Shown here: one piece after another, positions 39,352-48,887 of the stretch
How positions within the stretch are numbered: position 1 is the first letter of the stretch
How the letters are laid out: each line of letters opens with the position of its first letter
Source of the DNA: an uncultured delta proteobacterium
GTDB taxonomy: Bacteria > Desulfobacterota > Binatia > UBA9968
Reading direction: 5' to 3'
Assembly: GCA_963804165.1 (NCBI GenBank)
Contig: CAWDPO010000029.1
Location: forward strand, 1 to 48,887
DNA length: 48,887 nucleotides
Translations under genes and position numbers: made by a program
The notes under the pieces: generated by a model
The model's database searches: none
Seen by the model: only the letters and a program-made list of their open reading frames with translations
Told to the model about the DNA's origin: nothing

Positions 39352-39371
39352 CAAGGAAAGAACTAAATGCG

Positions 39372-39413
39372 GCAAAGAGGCTTCCGGCGTTTCGCCGGAG
39401 GCCTCTTTGCTTT
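39372..39413 (+). terminator. Intrinsic terminator-like hairpin
   Basis: gcaaagaggcttccggcg-ttt-cgccggaggcctctttgc followed by ttt, just after the stop codon. Confidence 0.6.
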
Positions 39414-39494
39414 CGCGTTCTTGGAAAGAGACTTTGAAGTTCCCGTTGTGACCCTTTATGCTGTCGTCCACCCGTTCGGGTTAAGGAGGTCGAA

Positions 39495-40310
39495 GTGATA
39501 AACGAAAAAATCGGCGTTATCGGCGCGGGCAAAATCGGTGCGGCTATTGCGCGCGGTGTGATTCGCGCTGGTCTGGCACCGAAGGGCCATGTCATGGCGA
39601 GCGATGTGAGCGATGCCCTGCGGCAAGCGGCGGCTCAAGAGCTCGACATCGAAGTTACGCCGGACAACGGCGTGCTTTGTGATTACGCGGATATCGTTGT
39701 CCTCGCCGTCAAGCCTCAAATCGTCGATCCGGTGGCTAAAGAGATCGCCGGCAAATTGGGTAAAACAAAACTCTTGGTCTCGGTCGCCGCGGGTGTTCCG
39801 CTGGCGCGCATCGAAGCGAATTTGAAGCCAGGCGCGCGGGTCGTGCGCGTGATGCCGAATATTCCCTGCGTCGTCGGCGCGGGTGCCGCTGGATTTGCCG
39901 GTGGCTCGCACGCGACTCCCGCCGATTTGGAAAAAGTCGGAGCGATCCTCAATAGCTTTGGTGTCGGCATGGCGGTGGAAGAGAAATATTTGGATGCCGT
40001 TACCGGGCTCAGCGGCAGCGGGCCGGCGTACGTTTTCATGTTTATGGAAGCGCTCGCCGATGGCGGCGTTCAAGTCGGATTGCCACGGGACGTCGCGCTG
40101 AAGCTCGCCATGCAAACCGTCTACGGCGCCGCGCGCATGGCGCTCGAAAGCAACAAGCACTTGGGAGAATTAAAAGACGAAGTGACTTCTCCCGGCGGGA
40201 CGACGATCGCCGGAATTTACGCGATGGAGCAGAAGGGATTTCGCGGCACGGTGATCGACGCAGTGGTCAGTGCGACGAGACGGTCGCAGGAGTTAGGGAA
40301 GGGTTCATAG
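39495..40310 (+). CDS. proC: Pyrroline-5-carboxylate reductase
   Basis: IGVIGAGKIG, LAVKPQ, SVAAGV, RVMPN, TGLSGSGPAY, VTSPGGTTIAG. Confidence 0.95.
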   Translation: MINEKIGVIGAGKIGAAIARGVIRAGLAPKGHVMASDVSDALRQAAAQELDIEVTPDNGVLCDYADIVVLAVKPQIVDPVAKEIAGKLGKTKLLVSVAAGVPLARIEANLKPGARVVRVMPNIPCVVGAGAAGFAGGSHATPADLEKVGAILNSFGVGMAVEEKYLDAVTGLSGSGPAYVFMFMEALADGGVQVGLPRDVALKLAMQTVYGAARMALESNKHLGELKDEVTSPGGTTIAGIYAMEQKGFRGTVIDAVVSATRRSQELGKGS

Positions 40311-40626
40311 GTTCCGTTCCGAGCGGCGGATTATAGACCGTCTAAAATTCCGAAGCCAGAAAGAAATGGACCTGTGAGACGCAAGTAACGGGCAGAAGTC
40401 CATAGTTTATTTTGTAGCAGCCCAATGAATTCGCATTTTTAATTACTGCGTAAAAGCAATAACGGCCGGAACTATTCTGGGCACTGATCGTTCTTTGCAG
40501 CACGTAGGAAAATGCTTCAGCTGATGACGCTTGATGGCTGCGGCTGAATGAAATGTCATGCACATCAACTCCCATCTCCAATCAAGTATTTCCGTAAATC
40601 GTTGAAATTCCCTGCCGCGGGATTCT

Positions 40627-40642
40627 TGGCATATCTCTTGCG
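40627..40642 (+). promoter_or_regulatory. Putative sigma54 (-24/-12) promoter
   Basis: TGGCATATCTCTTGCG has GG-N10-GC spacing, about 40 bp upstream of the ATG at 40,681; IHF-like sites at about 40,580-40,607. Confidence 0.6.
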
Positions 40643-40680
40643 CGCTAAGGGTAAATACTCTCGTGCAAAGGAGATCGTAT

Positions 40681-41058
40681 ATGAAAAGAGCACGTCTGCT
40701 GATACTTGCTGCCGTTTCTATCGCAGTATTTTTAAGCATCACTGTCCCAACGCCCCTCCTTGCCCAAGCGACGCCCAACCAACCATCGAGCGTTGACGAT
40801 CAACAGCTGAGAAATTTTGCCAAAGTTTACGTCCAGGTTGAAAAGATACGCGAAACCTATGAGCCGCGCGCGAAAGCAGCTTCTCCCGACGAGGGCAAGC
40901 AGATTCAGCAAGAGGCACAATCAAAATTCAAAGAGGCGCTCACGAAAGAGGGGCTGAGCGAGGAGAGCTTCACACAGATTTTCGACTTGGCGCGAGCCGA
41001 CGAAGGCGTGCGTAAAAAAGTCCTAGGAATGATCGCTGAGGAGAGAGGCAAATCTTGA
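40681..41058 (+). CDS. Exported DUF4168-like protein
   Basis: AAGGAG RBS, signal peptide, VDDQQLRNFAKVY...IQQEA...EGLSEESFTQI. Confidence 0.7.
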   Translation: MKRARLLILAAVSIAVFLSITVPTPLLAQATPNQPSSVDDQQLRNFAKVYVQVEKIRETYEPRAKAASPDEGKQIQQEAQSKFKEALTKEGLSEESFTQIFDLARADEGVRKKVLGMIAEERGKS

Positions 41059-41186
41059 CCTGAGGCAATGGCTTGCACTTGGTGAGGAAGTAAACCACGA
41101 CCGAGCCGGTGCTGTCCGGTCGGACGAGGTATCAATTATCCTGTTGCGTGAACCGACTGGGGGTGACGGCTATTCTGCCCTGGATC

Positions 41187-41720
41187 TCACTTCGTGTCCG
41201 TCCAGCGCTCGACCGATCGCTTCTCAACATAGCCTGGCTTTGCGCCCTTTTTCGATTCAACTCGCAGCCAGTCCCCTTCGGCGCGGACAACGTTAACTTT
41301 GATCCCGGACGGAATCTTGGCGACAACCGGATAATTTGTTCCGGGACCCTGGCGAAGGTCGATGTCCCTGAGGGCGCGATAGGGGCCGGCAACCGAGGGA
41401 CTTGGCACATTCGGCGCCGTGGATTGTACCGGCGCGCCGGGTTGCGCGAATTGTTCGTCGATGTAACCCGCTTTGCCGCCGTGCTTTGATTCGACTTTTA
41501 ACCAGTAGCCTTCCCGGGCGGCCACGTTGATGTTGATGCCTTTGGGCAGCGTTGTAATGACTGGATAATTCATACCGGGTCCGGACCGCAAAGGGACATC
41601 CGCCGTCGTCGTATAGCTGCCGCGTATCGACTGTGCCGAAGCCTGGTTTCCATAGAATCCAAACACGAGCAGCAAAACCAGGGCAATGCTTCGGCGCGAT
41701 AGATTTACATTGAATTGCAC
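41187..41720 (-). CDS. Secreted protein with two bacterial SH3 (SH3b) domains
   Basis: Signal peptide and two repeats LRSGPGMNYPVI...WLKV...GYI and LRQGPGTNYPVV...WLRV...GYV. Confidence 0.85.
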   Translation of the reverse strand: MQFNVNLSRRSIALVLLLVFGFYGNQASAQSIRGSYTTTADVPLRSGPGMNYPVITTLPKGININVAAREGYWLKVESKHGGKAGYIDEQFAQPGAPVQSTAPNVPSPSVAGPYRALRDIDLRQGPGTNYPVVAKIPSGIKVNVVRAEGDWLRVESKKGAKPGYVEKRSVERWTDTK

Positions 41721-41996
41721 GGCAATTCTCCTCTTCTTATGATCACGGTCGAGCGGATCGTGCGGTGCTGGCGTCGCTTTCCTCCGACGACGACTTCCTT
41801 TGCCGCCAAAAACTGAATCCCTCGTCTTTCAGTCAGTAAAACATTTAATTTGCCCCTGATCCATCGAACCTTGCTGCGGGGGGCTGCTTGCCAACGCGGC
41901 GTCCGTTAATCCGTCGCTCGTTCGTGCCGGACAGCCCCCACGTATTTTATTTGTGCCATATTTCGCAGCCCTGGTGGAGGTGTTAAGAATTGAAGA

Positions 41997-43829
41997 GTGA
42001 GGCGACTATGCACGATCCTTGCGACGGCGCTGACTGGATTATTATGCGCCGGCAGGATTGCAGCGATTCCGCTCGACGCTCTCGATAGCGCGCGGCAATG
42101 GAAGGTTCAGGGCGTTGATTTTTCCGGCAATCAAAAAATTTCCGAAGACGACCTCAATGAGGTGATGACGACCCAGGAGCGACCCTGGTATCGATTTTGG
42201 AGTGATCGTCCGGTGTTCGACGCGGTGACTTTTAGCGCTGATTTGGAGCGATTGCGGCGACTCTACGAATCGCGCGGCTTTTACGGCACTACCCTGTCCC
42301 ACGATCTCGAACTTGATGAGACCGATGCGCTGGTCACGGCTCATATCACCGTGCACGAAGCGGTTCCCGTGGTGATTTCCGAAATCGATGTTCAAGTGGC
42401 GGGAGAGGGGACGGGACAGCAACCGCCGCCTTTCCCGCAGGAATTGCCGGTGAAGCGAGAGCAGGTCTTTCGCGAGTCGGATTACCAGCAAGCCGAGCAG
42501 GTTTTACGGGCGGAATTTTTGGAACACGGCTATGCGTTCGTCAAAACTGAACGTCACGCCGAAGTCGATCTAGACCGGCAGCAAGTTCGGATTCGCTACG
42601 TCATCCAGCCGGGGCCGCTCGCCGTCTTTGGACAAACCGAGGTGAAAGGGACGACGGCGGTGGATCCGGAATTGGTGACGCGAGAAATCGTTTATCGTGC
42701 GGGGGAGACTTACGCGCTTTCGAAGGTCGTCGAAACCCGTGATAAATTATTGGCCTTGGACCTCTTTGGCACGGTGCGGGTCAGCCCGGCGCAACCGCAA
42801 GAGCCGATGCCGGTCGTGCCGATGTCCATCGAGGTGACGGAGAAATCCCATCGTGAAATCAAAATATCTCTGGGCTACGGCACTGAGGACGAAGTTCGTA
42901 CTCAATTCGAATGGCGCCACTTAAATTGGTTGGGTGGCGGAAGACGGTTGTCACTTCTCGCCAAGTATTCCGCCATCGAGGCTTCAGGCTCAATTAATTT
43001 CACTCAACCGCATTTTTTTTCGCCCAATACACAGGCGCTCGTAAACTTCGCCCACGATCGAGAGAAGGAGCAAACCTATGTCTTGAACGCAAGTCGGTTC
43101 CGCCCGCGTATCCAGCATCAATTTTCCAAGACACTTTCGGCTTTCATCGGCTATCGCCTGGAATATGATCAACTGAACGACGTTTCGGACGCTACCGTGC
43201 AGGCGCTCGGGGGAATCGAAGAGAATGGCCTTCTTTCCGGACCGACCGCGGGGCTGATTTGGAATACTACGGATGATCCCTTTTATCCGAAAAGAGGCAA
43301 TGTGGTGTCGTTTACGGTCGATCAGGCGGGCGCCATATGGGGCGGTAAATTCAAGTATTACAAATTTACCGCGGAAGGTAAGAAATACATCGATATTGGC
43401 TGGCAGACGGTTCTTGCCAGCCGGCTAAAATTGGGCTTGGGCGACGCCATCGGTTCCGACAAAAATTTTCCGCTGTTCGAGCGCTTTTATTCCGGCGGCG
43501 ACAAAAGCGTGCGTGGCTACGGGCGGCGCCGTCTCGGGCCTTTGAGCGAAAGCGACGATCCCCTGGGCGGCCTCAGCCTGATCGAAGGCTCGCTCGAACT
43601 GCGCCGGCCCATTTGGAAGGAATTAAACGGCGCAATCTTCCTGGATTTCGGACAAGTGTCGACACGGCGTTTCGATATCCCTGTGGACAATTTGCAGTTC
43701 TCCAGCGGTTTTGGCTTGAGCTACTCGACGCCGGTCGGTCCGATCCGCATCGATCTGGGATTTCCTTTCAATCCACCCCGCGGCGATCGGCCTTGGCAAG
43801 TTCATTTCAGCATTGGAGGCGCCTTTTAG
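41997..43829 (+). CDS. Omp85 family outer membrane protein, TamA-like
   Basis: POTRA-like repeats, ERFYSGGDKSVRGY, YSTPVGPIRIDLG, C-terminal HFSIGGAF; directly upstream of a TamB-like gene. Confidence 0.88.
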   Translation: MRRLCTILATALTGLLCAGRIAAIPLDALDSARQWKVQGVDFSGNQKISEDDLNEVMTTQERPWYRFWSDRPVFDAVTFSADLERLRRLYESRGFYGTTLSHDLELDETDALVTAHITVHEAVPVVISEIDVQVAGEGTGQQPPPFPQELPVKREQVFRESDYQQAEQVLRAEFLEHGYAFVKTERHAEVDLDRQQVRIRYVIQPGPLAVFGQTEVKGTTAVDPELVTREIVYRAGETYALSKVVETRDKLLALDLFGTVRVSPAQPQEPMPVVPMSIEVTEKSHREIKISLGYGTEDEVRTQFEWRHLNWLGGGRRLSLLAKYSAIEASGSINFTQPHFFSPNTQALVNFAHDREKEQTYVLNASRFRPRIQHQFSKTLSAFIGYRLEYDQLNDVSDATVQALGGIEENGLLSGPTAGLIWNTTDDPFYPKRGNVVSFTVDQAGAIWGGKFKYYKFTAEGKKYIDIGWQTVLASRLKLGLGDAIGSDKNFPLFERFYSGGDKSVRGYGRRRLGPLSESDDPLGGLSLIEGSLELRRPIWKELNGAIFLDFGQVSTRRFDIPVDNLQFSSGFGLSYSTPVGPIRIDLGFPFNPPRGDRPWQVHFSIGGAF

Positions 43830-43831
43830 CT

Positions 43832-46800
43832 ATGAAAACATTGCGCCGTATATTGAAATGGGTTGCCGCGAGCATCGCCACGCTACTTTTGCTCGCGATC
43901 GTCGTCGTGGCGCTCTACACGCGGACGGAAAATTTTACGAGGTGGGTTCGCGAAGAGGCCGTGACTATCGTGAACCAGACCATTCGAGGGTCGCTCAACG
44001 TCGAACGACTCGAAGGCTCTATCTGGAGCAGGCTGATCCTCTACAACGTCATTTTACGTCACGACCAAAGCGAGATCGCAAAGATTCCTCGCCTGGAGAT
44101 TTCCTTTTCGTTGATCCCGTTGATTTGGGGCAAACTGAGTATTTCCGCGATTGATGCTACCGAGCCCTTCGCAAATTTGGTTCAAGATGCAGCCGGGCAA
44201 TGGAACCTCGTTGAAGCTTTAGCGCCGCGCCAGCCCGAGCCGGAGAAGCAATCCGGATTCATCGTACTGGTGGACTCATTCCATTTGCGCAACGCCGGCG
44301 TCGATGTGCGCACAGCATCGAGCGACGAGCTTTATCGTTTACAAGATTTAAATCTCCAAGGCCGGGTCGGTGTGAGACCGAATGGGGTTTCACTCGATGT
44401 TAGCGAGTTGATGACGCTGCTGACCGCGCCGGGCCAGCCGGATCTCCGGCTCAAAGGAGCGCTTGGCTACGAGCAAGCGGTGGGCGCTCCGCCGGCCGTG
44501 GAAGTGAAAAATTTCTGGGGCGTGAGTCGCAACTCGCAGGTCAAGCTAAGCGGCCGATTCTCGATGGGCGAAAAAACGACAGTAAAGGCCCAGGCTTCGA
44601 TCGTCAAGCTGGCCGCGGCGGACATCGCTTATTTTGTTTCACAGTGGCCGCTTAAGCCTGATATCGCCGGCAACCTGTCAGTCGAAGGGCCGCTCGATGC
44701 TTTGAATGGAGACCTCGAACTGACAGGGGCGGGGGGCAAAATCGCGGCAAAATTCAAGGCGGACGTCGCTCAAACGAATCCTCGCTACTCGGCGACAGCG
44801 AGCGTTAGCGGTTTTGATTTGCGTCCGTGGCTCGGCCGCAAAGACGTGGCTGGAGTTGTGCAAGCCAAGGTTGAAGCCAACGGAAACGGTTTCGCGATCC
44901 GCGATACACAGGCGAAACTGGATTTATCAATGCGCGGCGCGCAAGTGCAGCAGTGGCTGCTGGGGGATATGTCCATTCAAGGCGGGCTCAAGAACAGCGT
45001 GGCGTCCATCGATGGGCGGCTCGCGAGTCAACTGGGCGGCGCCGACTGGTCCGGCAAAGTGAATCTGAATGAGGGAAAGCGGCCGCCTTATGAATTGGCC
45101 CTGTCGGTTAAAAACCTCGATATCAGAAATGCTTCAGCGAACGGCGCCGGTGCGGCAAGCAAACTCAACTTCCAGGCCAAGGTGAAGGGCGCGGGATTTA
45201 CTCCTGCCGATATGAATACGCGCGCCGAGGTGCGTATTTTGCCTTCCGCCGTCGGACCGGTTGTTGTCAAGGACGGTACTCTGGATGCTGTCCTACGGGA
45301 GAATAGGGTTCGCATCGAGCGCGGTGCCCTTACGGCACGGGATGCAACACTGGCGGTCAACGGCGAATTGGGTCTCGACACCAAAAGCGCGGGCAAACTC
45401 GACTATCGACTGCAGGTGACCGACGCGGCTCCTTGGCTTGCGCTCCTAAGTAAGAAGGGCTCAGGAGCCGTGGAACTCAGCGGTCAAGCCAAAGGCAATC
45501 TCGCTGATCTGCAAACCCAAGGGAGGGCGCGTCTATCCGCCTTGCAAATGGAAGGAATTGCCGTTGGGACCGGGAATGTTTCCTTCACGCTGCAGGGCTC
45601 GCGCGAGCAATTTTTCCCGCAGGGAATGGTTACGGCCCAATTGACGAATATCGCCGCTGGACTAAGCTTGCGGCGTCTCGATGCCACTGCGAAACTGTCG
45701 CGGCAAGCAGCGCCATCGATTCAGCTCGATCTGAATGCCCAGGATATGCTCGAGCGCAAACACGCGATAAGCGGCACGGTCGACCTGCCACCTGATGCGC
45801 TCATGGTGCGCTTGAGCCGGATTTCTCTCACGGCGCCGAATGGCGCGTGGCAGCTCGTGCGGCCGGCCACGGTGAGCCAACGCGGCGATGTCGTGAGCGT
45901 CGATCAGCTTTCGATGAAGAACGGTGATCGAGAAATCGCGTTAAACGGTAATTTTGCTTTCGCCGGCAAACAGGACTTGACCCTCACGATCGATCGATTG
46001 CCGCTCGAACTGGTGACCGCTTTCTTGCCGCGGCCACCGAAGATGACCGGACTCATCGGCGCGCAGGCCCGCGTGAGTGGTTCGGCTGACGCGCCGGAGA
46101 TCACAGCTTCTGCGAAGCTCACCGACACGACGATCGTCGGACAGGCCTACGACGGCGCGAGTGCCGACCTCAGTTATCGAGACAGACGTGCCACGCTGCA
46201 CATGGCGGTGCGCCAGGACGCCACCCACACGCTCAATGCCAACGGCGGGCTGCCGGTCAGTTTGAGCTGGAGCAATGGTTTTCGCGCGGATGTCGCGGAC
46301 GGTTTGGATTTTCGGGCGCAGAGCGCCGGGTTGAGCATCGCTTTTCTAAACGCGTTTAGCGGCAAGGCTGCGGAAGGTATCGCCGGCGAGTTGAGTCTCG
46401 ATGCGTACGCACGCGGCGCGCTGAAGCAACCGGAGCTACGCGGAACTTTTCAGTTGCGCGATGGCAAAGTGAAAGTCGTTCCGTTGGGCGTCGATATCAA
46501 CGGAATTACAGTCATCGGAGGCTTGGATTCGCGCAGCGTCAACGTGCGCGAGCTCACCGCCAAAGCCAAGGATGGCGTAATCAAAGGCAGCGGGTCGCTA
46601 GCATTAAGGGATTTCGACGCCCAGGGATTCAAGCTGGTGTTGACGACACAACGCTGGCCTGCAATCGAAACGCAACGGTATCAAGTGAGGGTCGCCGGCG
46701 ACCTCGAAGCGCAGGGAACTCTGGCGGCGCCAAAAATATCCGGCAAGGTTACAGTGCTCGATGGGTTACTGCGGCCTGACATCGGCTTCCTGGAACAGAA

Positions 46801-47638
46801 CAAGGCGGTGCTGAAGCCTGACGAGACGATCGTTTTCGTTAGTCAAAACGGTGCCAGCCGTGCGCGGCCGGCACAAAAAAAGGAGGCATCCGGTTCAAGC
46901 GACGACCAGGTTTTCAAAAATCTCAGCGTCGATCTTGCGGTGCGCGCGGAGCGCAATCTTTGGATCCGCCACGCCGATCTGGTTGCTGAACTTTCAAGCA
47001 ACCTGCGCGTCACCAAGGCTCCTAGTCGTGACGTCGATCTTACCGGCCGCGTCGACATCGTAAGGGGATGGCTGGCCTTTCAAGGGCGGAGATTTCAGTT
47101 GACAAAGGGGGCGATCGAGTTCACCGGCGGCGGCAAAATCAATCCATCGCTCGACATCGTGGCGCAATATAAACTGCCCAACTACGTGGTCGATGCAAGC
47201 ATTGGCGGCAACGTGGAAAAACCCACTTTGACGCTCACCAGCAATCCGCGGCTGGAACAGGCCGATGTCCTCGCGCTGCTGATCTTCGGCAAACCGATCG
47301 ATTCGCTGAGCCAAAAAGAACAGGGCTCGCTGCAGCAAAGCGCTCTTAGTATTACAAGCGGCTACGTCGCCAGCCAAATTGCCAACTCGGTTTCCAATGC
47401 GCTCGGCCTGGATAGCCTGGGAGTGGACCTCCGCGAAGTGGATTTTTCCGGCGGCCGCGTCGGTTTTGGCCGATACGTCGGCAACAAGACATATGTTTCG
47501 GTTTCGCAGGAACTGGCAGGCGAGCAGGGTCGCGAAGTTTCGATGGAGTATCAGATCGCGCCGGATTGGAAGATCGGCACGTCCACGACGGGCACCGGAG
47601 CCAACAGCATCGACATTATCTGGAACAAACGGTATTGA
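43832..47638 (+). CDS. Translocation and assembly module TamB-like (AsmA-like, DUF490 C-terminus)
   Basis: N-terminal TM anchor, long beta-rich body, INPSLDIVA, LTSNPRLEQADVLALLIFGK, GRYVGNKTYVS, ending WNKRY. Confidence 0.88.
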   Translation: MKTLRRILKWVAASIATLLLLAIVVVALYTRTENFTRWVREEAVTIVNQTIRGSLNVERLEGSIWSRLILYNVILRHDQSEIAKIPRLEISFSLIPLIWGKLSISAIDATEPFANLVQDAAGQWNLVEALAPRQPEPEKQSGFIVLVDSFHLRNAGVDVRTASSDELYRLQDLNLQGRVGVRPNGVSLDVSELMTLLTAPGQPDLRLKGALGYEQAVGAPPAVEVKNFWGVSRNSQVKLSGRFSMGEKTTVKAQASIVKLAAADIAYFVSQWPLKPDIAGNLSVEGPLDALNGDLELTGAGGKIAAKFKADVAQTNPRYSATASVSGFDLRPWLGRKDVAGVVQAKVEANGNGFAIRDTQAKLDLSMRGAQVQQWLLGDMSIQGGLKNSVASIDGRLASQLGGADWSGKVNLNEGKRPPYELALSVKNLDIRNASANGAGAASKLNFQAKVKGAGFTPADMNTRAEVRILPSAVGPVVVKDGTLDAVLRENRVRIERGALTARDATLAVNGELGLDTKSAGKLDYRLQVTDAAPWLALLSKKGSGAVELSGQAKGNLADLQTQGRARLSALQMEGIAVGTGNVSFTLQGSREQFFPQGMVTAQLTNIAAGLSLRRLDATAKLSRQAAPSIQLDLNAQDMLERKHAISGTVDLPPDALMVRLSRISLTAPNGAWQLVRPATVSQRGDVVSVDQLSMKNGDREIALNGNFAFAGKQDLTLTIDRLPLELVTAFLPRPPKMTGLIGAQARVSGSADAPEITASAKLTDTTIVGQAYDGASADLSYRDRRATLHMAVRQDATHTLNANGGLPVSLSWSNGFRADVADGLDFRAQSAGLSIAFLNAFSGKAAEGIAGELSLDAYARGALKQPELRGTFQLRDGKVKVVPLGVDINGITVIGGLDSRSVNVRELTAKAKDGVIKGSGSLALRDFDAQGFKLVLTTQRWPAIETQRYQVRVAGDLEAQGTLAAPKISGKVTVLDGLLRPDIGFLEQNKAVLKPDETIVFVSQNGASRARPAQKKEASGSSDDQVFKNLSVDLAVRAERNLWIRHADLVAELSSNLRVTKAPSRDVDLTGRVDIVRGWLAFQGRRFQLTKGAIEFTGGGKINPSLDIVAQYKLPNYVVDASIGGNVEKPTLTLTSNPRLEQADVLALLIFGKPIDSLSQKEQGSLQQSALSITSGYVASQIANSVSNALGLDSLGVDLREVDFSGGRVGFGRYVGNKTYVSVSQELAGEQGREVSMEYQIAPDWKIGTSTTGTGANSIDIIWNKRY

Positions 47639-47664
47639 TCTGCACTGGGGAAGCTGGCTGTTTC

Positions 47665-47744
47665 TGTCATTCCGGCGGATGCCGGAATCCAGTATTTTAC
47701 TTGAATCAAGAACGAATCTGGATGCCGGCCTACGCCGGCATGAC
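47665..47744. repeat. REP-like palindrome (GTCATTCCGGCG..GCCGGAATCC type)
   Basis: tgtcattccggcggatgccggaatccag ... ctggatgccggcctacgccggcatgac, between convergent genes. Confidence 0.8.
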
Positions 47745-47863
47745 GAACCTACGCTTTGTCTCTCTAGGTTGCTTTCGGCAACTCGAAGGAGCGAGGACTG
47801 TTCCTGAACGAATCAAAGCTCCCGGCCGTGGAGCCGAATTCTCGTCACTGCTCGCTTCGGCGC

Positions 47864-48445
47864 TCATTTCTTTTTCCAATTTCCCTGGGTGTCCTGGATC
47901 CACCAGCCGGGCCGCGCTTGCTCGATCCAGCTTTTGGCGAAGATGCCTTTTATTTTTGGGATACTTTCTTGCGCGATATTGTTCGCCTTGGCGATTTCAC
48001 TGTAGAGCGCTTCGCGGTCGCGATTTTCCGATTCGACCAGCTGCTGGGTTTCGGCGCGTTCTTTTAAATTGAGACCGTCCGTGGTCCGTATCGTAAGCAG
48101 ACCGTCTCGTGCGATGCCGATATTGCCACGGTCCATGTACGGCTTGATCGCATCGCTGCGGGCGCGGATCGATTCCTTCAGGGCACGAATGGCCGGATTG
48201 GTGACGTTGATATCCGCTTCCTGGGCGTAAGCCTCGCTGGTAAGACTCAGCGCGATCATTCTCACTGCGGATTGCAGACGGCTCTGCGGTTTCGGCGCCG
48301 CCTTTTCCGGTTCTCCCGGTCCGCCCCAAGTTTCTTTCACGATCTGGTCGGCGGCGCGCTCGACCGCCGCCGCGGGAAAGTAGATGTTAACCGTCACGCA
48401 AGCGCTGACAAAAAACACCAACGAGAAAACTATCCGTTTCAGCAT
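47864..48445 (-). CDS. Lipoprotein with a YnbE-like N-terminus and YdbL/DUF1318-like domain
   Basis: Lipobox VSAC, VTVNIYFP, then GNIGIARDGLL, ENRDREALYSEIAKAN, ARPGWWIQDTQGNW. Confidence 0.72.
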   Translation of the reverse strand: MLKRIVFSLVFFVSACVTVNIYFPAAAVERAADQIVKETWGGPGEPEKAAPKPQSRLQSAVRMIALSLTSEAYAQEADINVTNPAIRALKESIRARSDAIKPYMDRGNIGIARDGLLTIRTTDGLNLKERAETQQLVESENRDREALYSEIAKANNIAQESIPKIKGIFAKSWIEQARPGWWIQDTQGNWKKK

Positions 48446-48458
48446 GTGCCCTCCATCC

Positions 48459-48887
48459 TCATTTGACTTCCGGCTTGTCCGACTTGATCTGTTCCAACCT
48501 GCGCAGGAGCTCCGAAAAGGCGATCACCTGTGTGTGACTGACAATATTCACTCGCGGCGGCAGGAAACTCCCGACCACTAAGTATTCTTGGTCACCCTGG
48601 CTTTCCACGCCGCGCAACGTCAGCCGGTCGTTCTTCAAACTCGCTTTGAAACCGAGTTTGCTGTAGCGAAAACTATCGAAGAAACCGGCGAGACCGCTGT
48701 ACAGGGCGCCGGCATTTTCCCCGGAACTCAGGACAGTAATTTTATTGAGCGCCTCGACGCTGATGCGCTGTTCCGTACCGCGATCCACCGAATGCAAGTC
48801 AGCGCGAAATTGCGACGGTTGCCCATCGGTGATGACAAGATCGTCGATACTACCCTGTAGAATGCCCGAGATACGGCCGAATGCAAA
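48459..48887 (-). CDS. C-terminal part of a YdbH/AsmA-like protein (truncated by the window edge)
   Basis: FRYSKLGFKASLKND...PRVNIV...FSELLRRLEQI directly upstream of the YdbL-like gene. Confidence 0.55.
   Translation of the reverse strand, partial: FAFGRISGILQGSIDDLVITDGQPSQFRADLHSVDRGTEQRISVEALNKITVLSSGENAGALYSGLAGFFDSFRYSKLGFKASLKNDRLTLRGVESQGDQEYLVVGSFLPPRVNIVSHTQVIAFSELLRRLEQIKSDKPEVK

Overview
The window looks like two unrelated genomes joined at about 7,040. Positions 1-7,040 are very GC-rich, actinobacterial-looking and full of indels. They hold a stand-alone NuoD-like gene, an amidohydrolase fragment, an M28 aminopeptidase, a UspA gene, an ECF41/SigJ sigma factor with its CMD partner and promoter, and a truncated LuxR-type ATPase regulator. 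Positions 7,040-48,887 have lower GC and resemble Deltaproteobacteria/Candidatus Binatia (inference from gene content and repeat types). The main signal is a metabolic island at about 7-30 kb. It carries seven heme-oxygenase-like (TenA/PqqC/CADD superfamily) putative di-metal enzymes in two subfamilies: five with an RRDCW motif and two with an EFxHPxPPGH motif. They are interleaved with six NMT1/SsuA-type binding proteins that have no permease or ATPase in the window, one of which lacks a signal peptide. The island also has two UbiD decarboxylases, a ComDE-like TPP decarboxylase, two dienelactone hydrolases, a VOC protein, a cupin, a gamma-glutamyltransferase and an LLM/F420 oxidoreductase. 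Downstream are a third UbiD resembling phthaloyl-CoA decarboxylase, a membrane/spermidine-synthase/TPR fusion with an internal insert, proC, TamAB and a YdbH/YnbE-YdbL-like system. Several REP-like families occupy the intergenic spaces, two with nested inserts. No rRNA, tRNA, CRISPR array or transposase was seen. All family calls rest on motif recognition; no database searches were run.
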